Of a stretch of 37,905 nt of DNA, positions 29,573 through 37,600 are shown one piece after another (position 1 is the first letter of the stretch; every line of letters begins with the position of its first letter). Made by a program: the position numbers and the translations under genes. The stretch spans positions 1 to 37,905 of the forward strand of contig DVJV01000091.1 of assembly GCA_018716525.1 (NCBI GenBank). Direction: 5' to 3'. The notes beneath the pieces were generated by a model. It searched no databases and had not been told where the DNA came from. It saw only the letters and a list, made by a program, of their open reading frames with translations. This DNA comes from Candidatus Ventricola gallistercoris. Its GTDB lineage: Bacteria; Bacillota; Clostridia; Christensenellales; Aristaeellaceae.

Positions 29573-31090
29573 GTGAAACCTACCGGCATCCGCGCCGCGC
29601 TTTTGCGCAGCGGCATGGGCTGCTTTCTGTTTGCCGTGGGCGTGACGGCGCTGGGCGTGCTGACTTTGCCCTTTGCGCGCGCGTGCTACGGCTATGCGCT
29701 GCTGCCCGCGGCGATCAGCTGTGGCGCGGCGCTTTTGCTGTTTGTGCTGCTGGGGCGCGCCGTCGGGCGCATGGGCGAGGCGCAGGCGCGCAGGGCCGCG
29801 CGCGTGGCTGTGCCGGTGTTTCTGGCGGCGCTGTTTGCCGTGCACCTGATCTTGGGCTATCTGCTCGAGTACACGCCCAGCGGCGACAACTTCATGCTCT
29901 ACAACGGCTCGCAGATGCTCGCCCGCGACGGCAACTTTGACGCCTATCCCGACTTCGGGCTGTACCTGTGCCGGTTTTCCAACCAATGGGGCTTTTTGCT
30001 GATGCTCACGGGCTTTTACCGGCTTTTGTTTGCGCTGGGCATCGCGAATACGTTTTTCCCGCTTGTGCTTGTGCAGGCGGCGCTTTACACGCTGGGGCTC
30101 TCTTCGGCGCTGCACATGGCCCGCCGTCTTCGCGGCGCGCGGGCGGAGCTTTCGCTCATCGCGCTGCTTTTGCTGTGCTTTCCGCTGTATGTGGCGGCGG
30201 CGGTGCTGTATACAGACACGTTTTCCCTGCCGTTTGTGCTGCTGACGCTCGACTTCGCGCTGCGCGCGTGCGATGCGCGCACGGCCCGCGGGCAGGTGCT
30301 GTGGGCGCTTTTGTGCGGCGCGTGCGCGCTCATCGGCAGCCAGATCAAGATGACGGTGGCCATTGCGCTCATCGCCGCGGTCATCGTCTGGGCGCTGACG
30401 ATGCGCCCGCTGCGCGCGCTCGTGTGCGGCGCGCTGTGCGCGCTGGTGATGTTTTCGGGCATGGCGGCCGTGCGGCACGTGATGCTCACGCGCGTGCTCG
30501 ATCCCGACGTGCACGCCCAGCAATACACCCCGCCGATCCACTGGGTGATGATGTCCATCCCCACCTCCGACAACCCGTACGGCGGCGCGACGGGGGACTA
30601 CGGCATCACCTGGGGGATGATGGATGAAGGGGCCACGCGCGAGGAGATCATGGACTCGATCTACACGCGCATCCGCGACCGGGTGTACACGCTGCGCTAC
30701 CCCAACCGGCTGATTGCCGCGGCGCTGCGCAAGAATGCCGCGCTCTTTGGCGATGGCACGTTTGGCATGACCGAGATGCTCGACGACGGGCCCGTGCGCG
30801 AGAACGCCGTCTCCTCGGTGGTGCTGGAGGGGCGGGAATACTACGGGCTCTACAGCGCCGTGACGTCGGGCATCTGGATCGCGCAGATGCTGCTGGCCGC
30901 CGCGGGCTGCCTGCGGGACATTCGCCGGCGCGACCTGCGTGCCGCGCTGCCCTGCATCGCGCTGTTTGGCATGATGCTGTTTTTAATGCTCTGGGAGGCG
31001 CGCGGGCGCTACATCTTCAGCTTCGTTCCGGTGATGCTGCTGCTCGGCGCGCTGGCCATGGCCGGAAAGGCCAGGGAGGATGCGCCATGA
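29573..31090 (+). CDS. Polytopic membrane protein, GT-C-like, paralogue of the next gene, 505 aa
   Basis: The GTG at 29573 follows GAGGGGGG; ATG 29549 overlapping the upstream stop is the alternative. Multi-TM. Shares YTDTFSLPF and RYPNRLIAAALRKNAALFGDGTF blocks with ORF 31087-32691. Confidence 0.6.
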   Translation: MKPTGIRAALLRSGMGCFLFAVGVTALGVLTLPFARACYGYALLPAAISCGAALLLFVLLGRAVGRMGEAQARRAARVAVPVFLAALFAVHLILGYLLEYTPSGDNFMLYNGSQMLARDGNFDAYPDFGLYLCRFSNQWGFLLMLTGFYRLLFALGIANTFFPLVLVQAALYTLGLSSALHMARRLRGARAELSLIALLLLCFPLYVAAAVLYTDTFSLPFVLLTLDFALRACDARTARGQVLWALLCGACALIGSQIKMTVAIALIAAVIVWALTMRPLRALVCGALCALVMFSGMAAVRHVMLTRVLDPDVHAQQYTPPIHWVMMSIPTSDNPYGGATGDYGITWGMMDEGATREEIMDSIYTRIRDRVYTLRYPNRLIAAALRKNAALFGDGTFGMTEMLDDGPVRENAVSSVVLEGREYYGLYSAVTSGIWIAQMLLAAAGCLRDIRRRDLRAALPCIALFGMMLFLMLWEARGRYIFSFVPVMLLLGALAMAGKAREDAP

Positions 31091-32691
31091 GACTGCCTTT
31101 CTTTTCGGGCCGGGAGCGCCGCGGCGCGGGTCTTTTGCGCGCGCTGCTGCTCACCGGCACGGGGCTGATGATCCCGTGTTACCTGTTTACGGTGGGCAAT
31201 GTGGCCTTGTCCCCCTGGCCGCTGTATGAGCGCAACCGCCTGGCGCTCGCGCTGCTCACGCCTGCCTGCCTGCTCGCGCTGCTGCTGCTCCTTCGCACGG
31301 CGGACCGCCACGAGGCGTTTTTTGCCCGGCATGAGCGGCGCGTGCTGCTGGGCTTTGCGCTGTTTTACCTGGTCGTGCAGCTGGTCATGGCCACGCAGCT
31401 GCGCTTTATCCCCGTCACGGATGCCGAACAGTGCTTTACCGCTGCCGAGCTGCTCACCGACACCGGCACATACGGCAACGTCGAGCGGCCGTTCATCTAC
31501 TTTACGCGCTACCCGCACAACCTGGGGCTTGTGTACCTGCTCAGCTTCGTGTTTCGCATCGGCAATGCGCTGGGCCTTGCGGACCGGTTCATGCAGGCGG
31601 TGGTGGCGTGCAGCGTGCTCTTTACGCTCGGGTTGCTTTCCGCCGCGCGCCTTTGCAGGCGGCTTTGCGGCGTGCGGGGGCAGTCGCGGCTGCTGCTTTT
31701 GCTGCTCACCTGCCTGCCGCTGCTCTACTGCACGTCGGAGCTGTACACCGATGCGTTTTCCCTCGCCTTCCCGACGATGATCGTCTATGCCTTCGTGCGC
31801 ACGCGGGAGGCCGGCACGCGCGGCGCGCGCGCGCTGTGGGCCGTGCTCTTTGCGCTGAGCGCCTTTATCGGCGCGCAGATCCGCTTCACATCCGTGATCG
31901 CGGCCATCGCCTGCCTGATCGCCGCGCTGTTTGAATCGCGCATCCGCCTCACCGCGTGGCTGGCCGCGCCGCTGGCGCTCGTCTTCGTGGCCGGCAGCGC
32001 GGCGGTGAACGCCGAAAACGCGCGCCACCTCGGGGCGGAAAACATTGAAAAATACACCCTGCCCAAGCTGCACTACATCGCCATGGGTCTGCCCGTGCAG
32101 AGCGACGAGGGATATGGCCAGTATGGATACGGCGGCTGGCTGGTGTTCTCCACCTCCTTTGACGATCCGCAGGAGCGCGACGCCGCGCTGCTGCGCGAGG
32201 TCATCGACCGCATCTACTACCTGCGCTATCCCTCCCGGCTGCTGAACATGATGTCCCGCAAGAACCTGTCCACATTTGGCGACGGCACGTTCCGGCTCAA
32301 CGAGATCATCGAGGGCGACGTGCGCGATCCGGACAACCTGGTCAAGCAGTTCGTCTTCGCGCCGGGGAAGTACTATCCGCTCTACTACCACCTGTGCACG
32401 GCGATGTTCCTCGCCCAGATGCTGCTCGCGTGCCTCGCCTGCGCCCAGGCGATCAAAAGGCGGCAGACGCACGCGGCGGCGCTCTTTGTGGCGCTGCTGG
32501 GCATCTTCCTGTTTCTGTGCATGTGGGAGACGCGGGCGCGGTATTTCTTCCAATTTGAGCTGGTGCTGCTGTGCGCCGGGGCCATGCTGGAAACCCCGTG
32601 CCGCGGGGCCGTGCATCTGCCTTTGCCGATGCGGCGCAAGGCCTGCGTGCCGGGCGATGTGTGCGACGGATCTTCGGCGCAAAGGCCATGA
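31087..32691 (+). CDS. Polytopic membrane protein, GT-C-like, paralogue of the previous gene, 534 aa
   Basis: ATGA start/stop overlap with a GGGAGGA RBS. Multi-TM. Carries YTDAFSLAF and RYPSRLLNMMSRKNLSTFGDGTF blocks. Confidence 0.6.
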   Translation: MRLPFFSGRERRGAGLLRALLLTGTGLMIPCYLFTVGNVALSPWPLYERNRLALALLTPACLLALLLLLRTADRHEAFFARHERRVLLGFALFYLVVQLVMATQLRFIPVTDAEQCFTAAELLTDTGTYGNVERPFIYFTRYPHNLGLVYLLSFVFRIGNALGLADRFMQAVVACSVLFTLGLLSAARLCRRLCGVRGQSRLLLLLLTCLPLLYCTSELYTDAFSLAFPTMIVYAFVRTREAGTRGARALWAVLFALSAFIGAQIRFTSVIAAIACLIAALFESRIRLTAWLAAPLALVFVAGSAAVNAENARHLGAENIEKYTLPKLHYIAMGLPVQSDEGYGQYGYGGWLVFSTSFDDPQERDAALLREVIDRIYYLRYPSRLLNMMSRKNLSTFGDGTFRLNEIIEGDVRDPDNLVKQFVFAPGKYYPLYYHLCTAMFLAQMLLACLACAQAIKRRQTHAAALFVALLGIFLFLCMWETRARYFFQFELVLLCAGAMLETPCRGAVHLPLPMRRKACVPGDVCDGSSAQRP

Positions 32692-32722
32692 CGCCACGCC
32701 CGCACTGACCGGACATAAAATA

Positions 32723-32749
32723 TTAGCACTCAACGTCGTTGAGTGCTAA
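32723..32749. promoter_or_regulatory. CIRCE element (HrcA operator), perfect consensus
   Basis: TTAGCACTC-N9-GAGTGCTAA exactly, immediately upstream of the htpG promoter and followed by TTTTCTCTT. Confidence 0.85.
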
Positions 32750-32756
32750 TTTTCTC

Positions 32757-32785
32757 TTGACACGCATCCCGAACAGCGATACAAT
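32757..32785 (+). promoter_or_regulatory. Sigma-A promoter of htpG
   Basis: TTGACA at 32757-32762, 17-nt spacer, TACAAT at 32780-32785. Confidence 0.7.
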
Positions 32786-32939
32786 ACGCTTGCAACGAGA
32801 AATGGGGGGATTTTTCCCCCGATTCCATGGATTTGCCGGCCCTTCGCGCCGCGCTTATGCGCGCGAAGAGAGGAGGCGTCCGCCCAGCGAGGGGCGGGCA
32901 AGCGGGCAGGCATCCGGTGTCAAAGGAGGATTTCATACG

Positions 32940-34838
32940 ATGGAACCGATTCAGGGCAACGTATCCATTGATGCGCAAAATATCATGCCAATCATCAAGA
33001 AGTGGCTGTATTCCGACAAGGATATCTTCATCCGCGAGGCCGTTTCCAACGGCTGCGACGCGATCACCAAGCTGCGCATGGTCGACAGCGCGGCGGCGGC
33101 CGGCTGCTCCATCCGCGTGGAGGTGGACAAGGAGCACAAGGAGCTGCGCTTCATCGACGACGGCGTGGGCATGACCGCCGACGAGGTGAAGACCAACATC
33201 AACCAGGTGGCGTTTTCGGGCGCCAAGTCGTTCCTGGAGGAGTATGCCAAGAACGAGGATCAGGAGAATGCCGGCATCATCGGCCACTTCGGCCTGGGCT
33301 TTTACTCGGTGTTCATGGTCTCCGACAAGGTGACCATCGACACGCTGTCCTTCCGCGAGGGCGCCGAGCCCGTGCGCTGGGAGAGCGAGGACGGCATGGC
33401 CTTCACCATGACCGCGGGCGAGCGCAAGGAGCGCGGCACGACCATCACGCTGCACATCAGCGAGGCGGAGGCGGAGTTCCTGGACCTGTGGCGGGTGCGC
33501 GAGGTGCTCGAGCGCTACTGCTCGTTCATGTCGGTGCCGATCTACCTGACCGAGATCAAGCCGGAGAAGGAAGAAGAGGCCACCGTGACCGGCGAGGGCG
33601 ATGCGCCCAAGGCCGCCGAGGACGGGGAAGCGGCGCAGGAAAAGAAGGAAGAGCCAAAGCCCATCAACGACACGCAGCCGCTGTACACCCGCGCGCCGCA
33701 GGACTGCACGGATGAGGACTACAAGCAGTTCTACCGCAAGGTCTTCCATGAGTACGAGGACCCGCTGTTCTGGATTCACCTGAATGTGGACTACCCCTTC
33801 AAGCTCAAGGGCATTCTGTACTTCCCCAAGCTCAAGGAGCAGTTTGGCGGCATCGAGGGGCAGATCAAGCTCTACTCGGGCCAGGTGTTTGTGGCCGACA
33901 ACATCAAGGAGGTCATTCCCGAATTCCTGATGCTGCTCAAGGGCGTGATCGACTGCGCGGACTTCCCGCTCAACGTCTCCCGTTCCTTCCTGCAGAACGA
34001 CGGCTACGTGCGCCGGATCTCCAACCACATCACCAAGAAGGTCGCCGACAGGCTGACCGGCATGTTCAAGACCGAGCGCGAGGCGTACGAGGGCTTCTGG
34101 CCGGACATTCACCCGTTCATCAAGTACGGCGTGATGCGCGACGAGAAGTTTGCCGAGCGCATGAAGGATTGCCTGCTGTTTAAGACCACCGAGGGCAAGT
34201 ACCTGACGCTGGAGGAATACAAGGAGCGCAACGGCGAAAAGCTGCCGGACAAGATGGTCTACACCTCCGACGCGGCGCGCCAGGATGCGGCGATCCGCCT
34301 GTTCACCGAGCGCGGCATCGACGTGGCGGTGCTCGACCAGGCGATCGACGTGAACTTCGTGTCCTACATGGAGTACAGCGGCGATCCGCAGCACAAGTTC
34401 CGCTTCTGCCGTGTGGATGCCGAGCTTGACAGCCTGACCAGCCAGGAGGAAGCGCCTGCGCTTGACAACGACAAGCTGACCGCGATTATGCGCGAGGCCA
34501 CCGGCAAGGACGACCTGAACGTGCAGGTCAAGCCGCTTGCCAACGACACGGTGCCCATGATGCTCATCGAGGATGAGCAGACCCGCCGCTTCAACGACAT
34601 GGGCCGCATCTACGGCCGCAGCGAGTTCACCATGCCGGCCAAGTACGACGTGGTGCTCAACAGCCGCAGCAAGACCATCGCCCGCCTGTCCGAGCGGGAG
34701 AAGGACGAGCGCAGCCTGCTGCTGGCCAGGCAGCTGTTTGACCTGGCCGAGCTCTCCCGCCAGCCGCTGGAGGCGGAGAAGATGACCGAGTTCATCCGCC
34801 GCTCGATGGAGATCGTCGATCTGGCTGCGCAGATGTAA
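32940..34838 (+). CDS. htpG: Molecular chaperone HtpG (Hsp90)
   Basis: The ATG at 32940 follows AAGGAGG. Encodes IMPIIKKWLYSDKDIFIREAVSNGCDAITKL (GHKL ATPase N box) and GHFGLGFYS. The track start at 32739 is inside the promoter/CIRCE region. Confidence 0.95.
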   Translation: MEPIQGNVSIDAQNIMPIIKKWLYSDKDIFIREAVSNGCDAITKLRMVDSAAAAGCSIRVEVDKEHKELRFIDDGVGMTADEVKTNINQVAFSGAKSFLEEYAKNEDQENAGIIGHFGLGFYSVFMVSDKVTIDTLSFREGAEPVRWESEDGMAFTMTAGERKERGTTITLHISEAEAEFLDLWRVREVLERYCSFMSVPIYLTEIKPEKEEEATVTGEGDAPKAAEDGEAAQEKKEEPKPINDTQPLYTRAPQDCTDEDYKQFYRKVFHEYEDPLFWIHLNVDYPFKLKGILYFPKLKEQFGGIEGQIKLYSGQVFVADNIKEVIPEFLMLLKGVIDCADFPLNVSRSFLQNDGYVRRISNHITKKVADRLTGMFKTEREAYEGFWPDIHPFIKYGVMRDEKFAERMKDCLLFKTTEGKYLTLEEYKERNGEKLPDKMVYTSDAARQDAAIRLFTERGIDVAVLDQAIDVNFVSYMEYSGDPQHKFRFCRVDAELDSLTSQEEAPALDNDKLTAIMREATGKDDLNVQVKPLANDTVPMMLIEDEQTRRFNDMGRIYGRSEFTMPAKYDVVLNSRSKTIARLSEREKDERSLLLARQLFDLAELSRQPLEAEKMTEFIRRSMEIVDLAAQM

Positions 34839-34859
34839 GCGCAAAAGCCCCGCCGGGGC

Positions 34860-34889
34860 TTGACAACACGCCTGATTTTCCAGTATAAT
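34860..34889 (+). promoter_or_regulatory. Candidate sigma-A promoter downstream of htpG
   Basis: TTGACA at 34860-34865, 18-nt spacer, TATAAT at 34884-34889. Confidence 0.5.
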
Positions 34890-34921
34890 AAACGGGTCTT
34901 CCGCAGGGAAGGCCCGTTTTT
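34890..34921 (+). terminator. Rho-independent terminator (htpG)
   Basis: AAACGGGTCTTCC / GGAAGGCCCGTTT stem (one G-U), GCAG loop, TTTTT. Confidence 0.75.
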
Positions 34922-35013
34922 GTGGTCTGCGGACCGGGGAATGAAGGCCATGGCTTTGAAAGTTCCCGGCCGGTCATGCAAACGGCTTTCCTCAAACGCC
35001 GTGGGTATGGCGT

Positions 35014-35329
35014 TTAGACAAAGCGGAGCGCGCAAACGCTCCTCATATCGCTCCTTCACACGTTTCCGGTAGGGACGCGAAGAAGGAAAATGTTACACGG
35101 AGAGTTGTCCGAGTGGTCGAAGGTGCAGCACTCGAAATCCCGTCGGCCATGTGGATGACGTACTCCGAGAAACGCAGGAATATCTCACTTTTTGACAAAG
35201 CGGGGCGCTTGAGCGTCTCTCATATCTCTCCTTCGTATCTCTCCGATTTCCAGTGGAAAAAAGGGACGAGATGAAGGAAATTGTTACACGGAGAGTTGTC
35301 CGAGAGGTCTAAGGTGCAGCACTCGAAAT
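35014..35329 (+). repeat. Diverged tandem duplication: tRNA-Ser leader plus tRNA 5' half, two copies
   Basis: Copy A is about 35014-35138 and copy B about 35191-35329. Both share GACAAAGCGG..CTCATATC..CTCCTTC...GAAGGAAA(A/T)TGTTACACGGAGAGTTGTCCGAG..GGTGCAGCACTCGAAAT, with indels in the leader. Confidence 0.65.
35099..35138 (+). pseudogene. Truncated tRNA-Ser copy (5' half only, ends in the anticodon loop)
   Basis: GGAGAGTTGTCCGAGTGGTCGAAGGTGCAGCACTCGAAAT matches the intact gene with 2 D-loop differences. The downstream sequence cannot form the anticodon stem, variable arm or T arm. Confidence 0.7.
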
Positions 35330-35377
35330 GCTGTGTGGGTGAAACCACCTAGGGTTCGAATCCCTAACTCTCCGCCA
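35290..35377 (+). tRNA. tRNA-Ser (anticodon CGA), class II with long variable arm, encoded CCA
   Basis: Acceptor GGAGAGT/ACTCTCC, anticodon stem CAGCA/TGCTG with loop CTCGAAA, variable arm TGTGGGTGAAACCACCT, T arm TAGGG-TTCGAAT-CCCTA, then GCCA. Confidence 0.93.
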
Positions 35378-35413
35378 AAAAAGCCTTACAGATCAAGCAC
35401 TGTAGGGCTTTTT
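35378..35413. terminator. Bidirectional hairpin terminator between tRNA-Ser and the integrase gene
   Basis: AAAAAGCCTTACAG / CTGTAGGGCTTTTT stem (one G-U) flanked by A- and T-runs. Confidence 0.65.
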
Positions 35414-35441
35414 CCTTTCCCTCGGGAGAGAAAACATGTCG

Positions 35442-36647
35442 TCATACCGCCCCAAAGGGAACGTCCGTTTCTTCGCAGGAAGATGCAAGTCCCAAACCGG
35501 AGAGCATGGCTTCTGCCGAAGAAATCTTGGAGTGGAAATCCAGGTGGGCGTAGATGTTGGCCGTGGTGGAAAAGTCGCTGTGGCCCAGCCATTCCTGAAT
35601 CTGCTTCATGGAAACGCCGTTGGCCAGCAAGAGGCTGGCACAGGTGTGACGTAAGTCGTGCAGACGGATGACGCGCAGGTTGTTTTGCTCGAGGATGCGC
35701 CGGAAGCCGTCCGACAGCGCGTTGGGCTTTAGCCGCTCTCCCAGTTCGTTGACGCAGACATAATCCAGATAAGCCTGGCAGTAGGAACGCCCGCAGAGTT
35801 TGCGGTAGTGTTCCTGCTGCTCTTTTTTCTTGAGCAGAAGTAAGCGAAACTCGGAGACGAGCGGCAGCGTCCGCATGCTGGATTTCGTCTTGGTCGTATC
35901 GGCGACTACCTCGATGTGCTTGCCGCCCAGATTGCACGAGGTGACGGTGTGGCGGATCGTGAGGGTGTTGGCATCCAGGTCGATGGCGTTCCACTTGAGG
36001 CCGAGGACCTCGCTGCGGCGCAGGCCGTAGAAGGCCGCCAGCTTGATGGGTAGTTCCAGCGGGTGGCCCTTCAGAACCTGAAACAGTGCGTTGATCTCCG
36101 CGCTGTCGTAGAAGTTGCCGATGAAGGTCGCCTTCTTTGGGCGCTCGATTCTGTCGGCTGGATTGAAGGAAATCAAGTCCATCTTGACAGCATACTTGAG
36201 CGCCCTGTGGATGACGGCGTGGTAGTGAATGACCGTGTTCGCGTTGACCCGTTCGAGCTGCTGGGTATAAAAGTTCTGGATATCCGACGCCGTCAGCTTT
36301 TTCAGCGTGATGCCGAGCGCCTGAAAGTATGGGATGATGACGCCTTGAGTCATCGACACATACGAGGCGTAGGTGGTCAGCTTGATGGTGCTTTTGGCGA
36401 CGGGAAGCCAGTTTTGGAGGAAGTCGGTAAAGAGCATATCTTCACCTTCATCCGCTTGTGCCGGTGAAGCGTCGGGAACGAGAAAGCTCTGCCGCTTTTC
36501 CAGCAGAAGCGCTTCTGCGCGCCTTTTGTTGCCCTTGACCGGCAGGTTTGTGGCAAACCATGGTGTCTTGCGTTTTCCGTTTGCATCTTTGTAGCTCAAA
36601 ACGATGTAGTAGAGACCGTTCTTTTCTTGCAGGTGTCCTGCAACCAT
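35442..36647 (-). CDS. Tyrosine-type site-specific integrase
   Basis: The ATG at 36647 follows AAGGAGG. N-terminal MVAGHLQEKNGLYYIVLSYKDANGKRK (phage-integrase AP2/SAM-like N-terminus). Catalytic region LRRSE..., HDLRHTCASLLL, GHSDFSTTANIYAHL. Confidence 0.92.
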   Translation of the reverse strand: MVAGHLQEKNGLYYIVLSYKDANGKRKTPWFATNLPVKGNKRRAEALLLEKRQSFLVPDASPAQADEGEDMLFTDFLQNWLPVAKSTIKLTTYASYVSMTQGVIIPYFQALGITLKKLTASDIQNFYTQQLERVNANTVIHYHAVIHRALKYAVKMDLISFNPADRIERPKKATFIGNFYDSAEINALFQVLKGHPLELPIKLAAFYGLRRSEVLGLKWNAIDLDANTLTIRHTVTSCNLGGKHIEVVADTTKTKSSMRTLPLVSEFRLLLLKKKEQQEHYRKLCGRSYCQAYLDYVCVNELGERLKPNALSDGFRRILEQNNLRVIRLHDLRHTCASLLLANGVSMKQIQEWLGHSDFSTTANIYAHLDFHSKISSAEAMLSGLGLASSCEETDVPFGAV

Positions 36648-36718
36648 GATGTAGCACCTCCTTGTTGTGTGGTTCCCACCTGCTGTTGGCACGATCATCA
36701 TACCACAGGATTCGAATT

Positions 36719-36937
36719 TCATCCACGCTGTGGAGGGTTCATGATTTTCATATAGGAAAGCAGGGAAACCTTGGGAATGCGATAGGTGCGGCCGACTTTG
36801 ACGCTGCTGATTTTTCCTTCCCTCAGAAGTTTATAGCCGGTCTTGGTGCTGATCTGAAGCACCTCGCACAGCTCATGGATGTTCAGAATGTCAGGATAGG
36901 ATTTGAGCATCAGCGCATAGATCTTTTTGTCGGGCAT
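36719..36937 (-). CDS. Excisionase-family / MerR-like HTH DNA-binding protein
   Basis: The ATG at 36937 follows AGGAGG. IHELCEVLQISTKTGYKLLREGKISSVKVGRTYRIPK is the typical Xis-type HTH_17 pattern. Directly upstream of int. Confidence 0.8.
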   Translation of the reverse strand: MPDKKIYALMLKSYPDILNIHELCEVLQISTKTGYKLLREGKISSVKVGRTYRIPKVSLLSYMKIMNPPQRG

Positions 36938-37252
36938 GGGAAACCTCCTGACGGTCGTTTGAATCAAAGAGAAAAGGATGCTGTGGGCTGCGGATGGCGA
37001 TCCGCATCATAGCCCTGCATGTGCCGTCTTTTGAGGATAAACGCGCACCGCAGGGGCTCCCCTCCAGTCTATGAGGGGCCGTGAGGAAGTCTCATTGTGC
37101 CTGTGCAGCGTCGTTGCGCCCTGCCAGCCATGACAGGGTCAATGGAATGCGTGGGTCGCTCCGGCACAGGCCCTCTTCGCGCCGCTCCATTTGCCGCTCT
37201 TCTGCATGGGAAACTGTACCCGCAGCATCGTGTATGCGATTGTCAAGGTGCG

Positions 37253-37600
37253 TCAGCGGCACGCCTGTTTTCGATTGGAATTCCGCCATGAAAAGATGTT
37301 GATGATGCTCATCATGATGATTGCATCGTTTCCGCTGAGCGTTTTCTGCAATCGCAGGAGAAGCTCCATCTGTGCCGGCGTAAATGAATTCGAATTGGGC
37401 GTATACCAGTCGGAAATTTTGATGCCTCCGTAATACCTTCCTCGGACACTTTCGATTGGATAGATCAGGGACAGGAACTGGACATCGTAGTACAGGGTTC
37501 TTTTGCTCACGTTGAACTCGGACGCCAGATTCGCAACCGTATCGTGGCGTCTCAAGCACAGCGTTTGCCAAATCGCCAACCGCCGTTCGCCAGCTCCCAT
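37253..37600 (-). CDS. HTH (HTH_11/DeoR-N-like) small regulator typical of Clostridial integrative elements
   Basis: ERRLAIWQTLCLRRHDTVANLASEFNVSKRTLYYDVQFLSLIYPIESVRG is a winged-helix pattern. GGAGG upstream (plus-strand CACCTCCTTCC at 37607-37617). Confidence 0.65.
   Translation of the reverse strand: MGAGERRLAIWQTLCLRRHDTVANLASEFNVSKRTLYYDVQFLSLIYPIESVRGRYYGGIKISDWYTPNSNSFTPAQMELLLRLQKTLSGNDAIIMMSIINIFSWRNSNRKQACR

Noticed and set aside
26248-32733. Long minus-strand ORFs (26248-28119, 28002-29030, 29522-30541, 31009-32733)
   Set aside because: All are antisense to the hydrophobic membrane-protein genes and extremely Arg/Ala/Gln/His-rich. They have no RBS and no domain signatures. The plus-strand frames give coherent TM proteins with coupled starts.
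32730-34844. 704-aa minus-strand ORF
   Set aside because: It is antisense to htpG (clear Hsp90 motifs on the plus strand), with low-complexity, Arg/Leu/Ala/Gly/His-rich composition.
34860-35072. 70-aa plus-strand ORF between htpG and the tRNA region
   Set aside because: It starts inside the candidate promoter and runs through the terminator hairpin. It has no RBS and a basic, low-information composition.
35099-35190. First tRNA-Ser-like sequence as a second functional tRNA, or as a tRNA with an intron
   Set aside because: No complementary 3' anticodon-stem strand, variable arm, T arm or acceptor 3' strand follows. The next copy carries its own complete 5' half, so the sequence between them is not an intron.
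36063-37012. Plus-strand ORFs 36063-36467, 36373-36594 and 36662-37012
   Set aside because: They are antisense to the integrase and excisionase genes, which have clear catalytic and HTH motifs.
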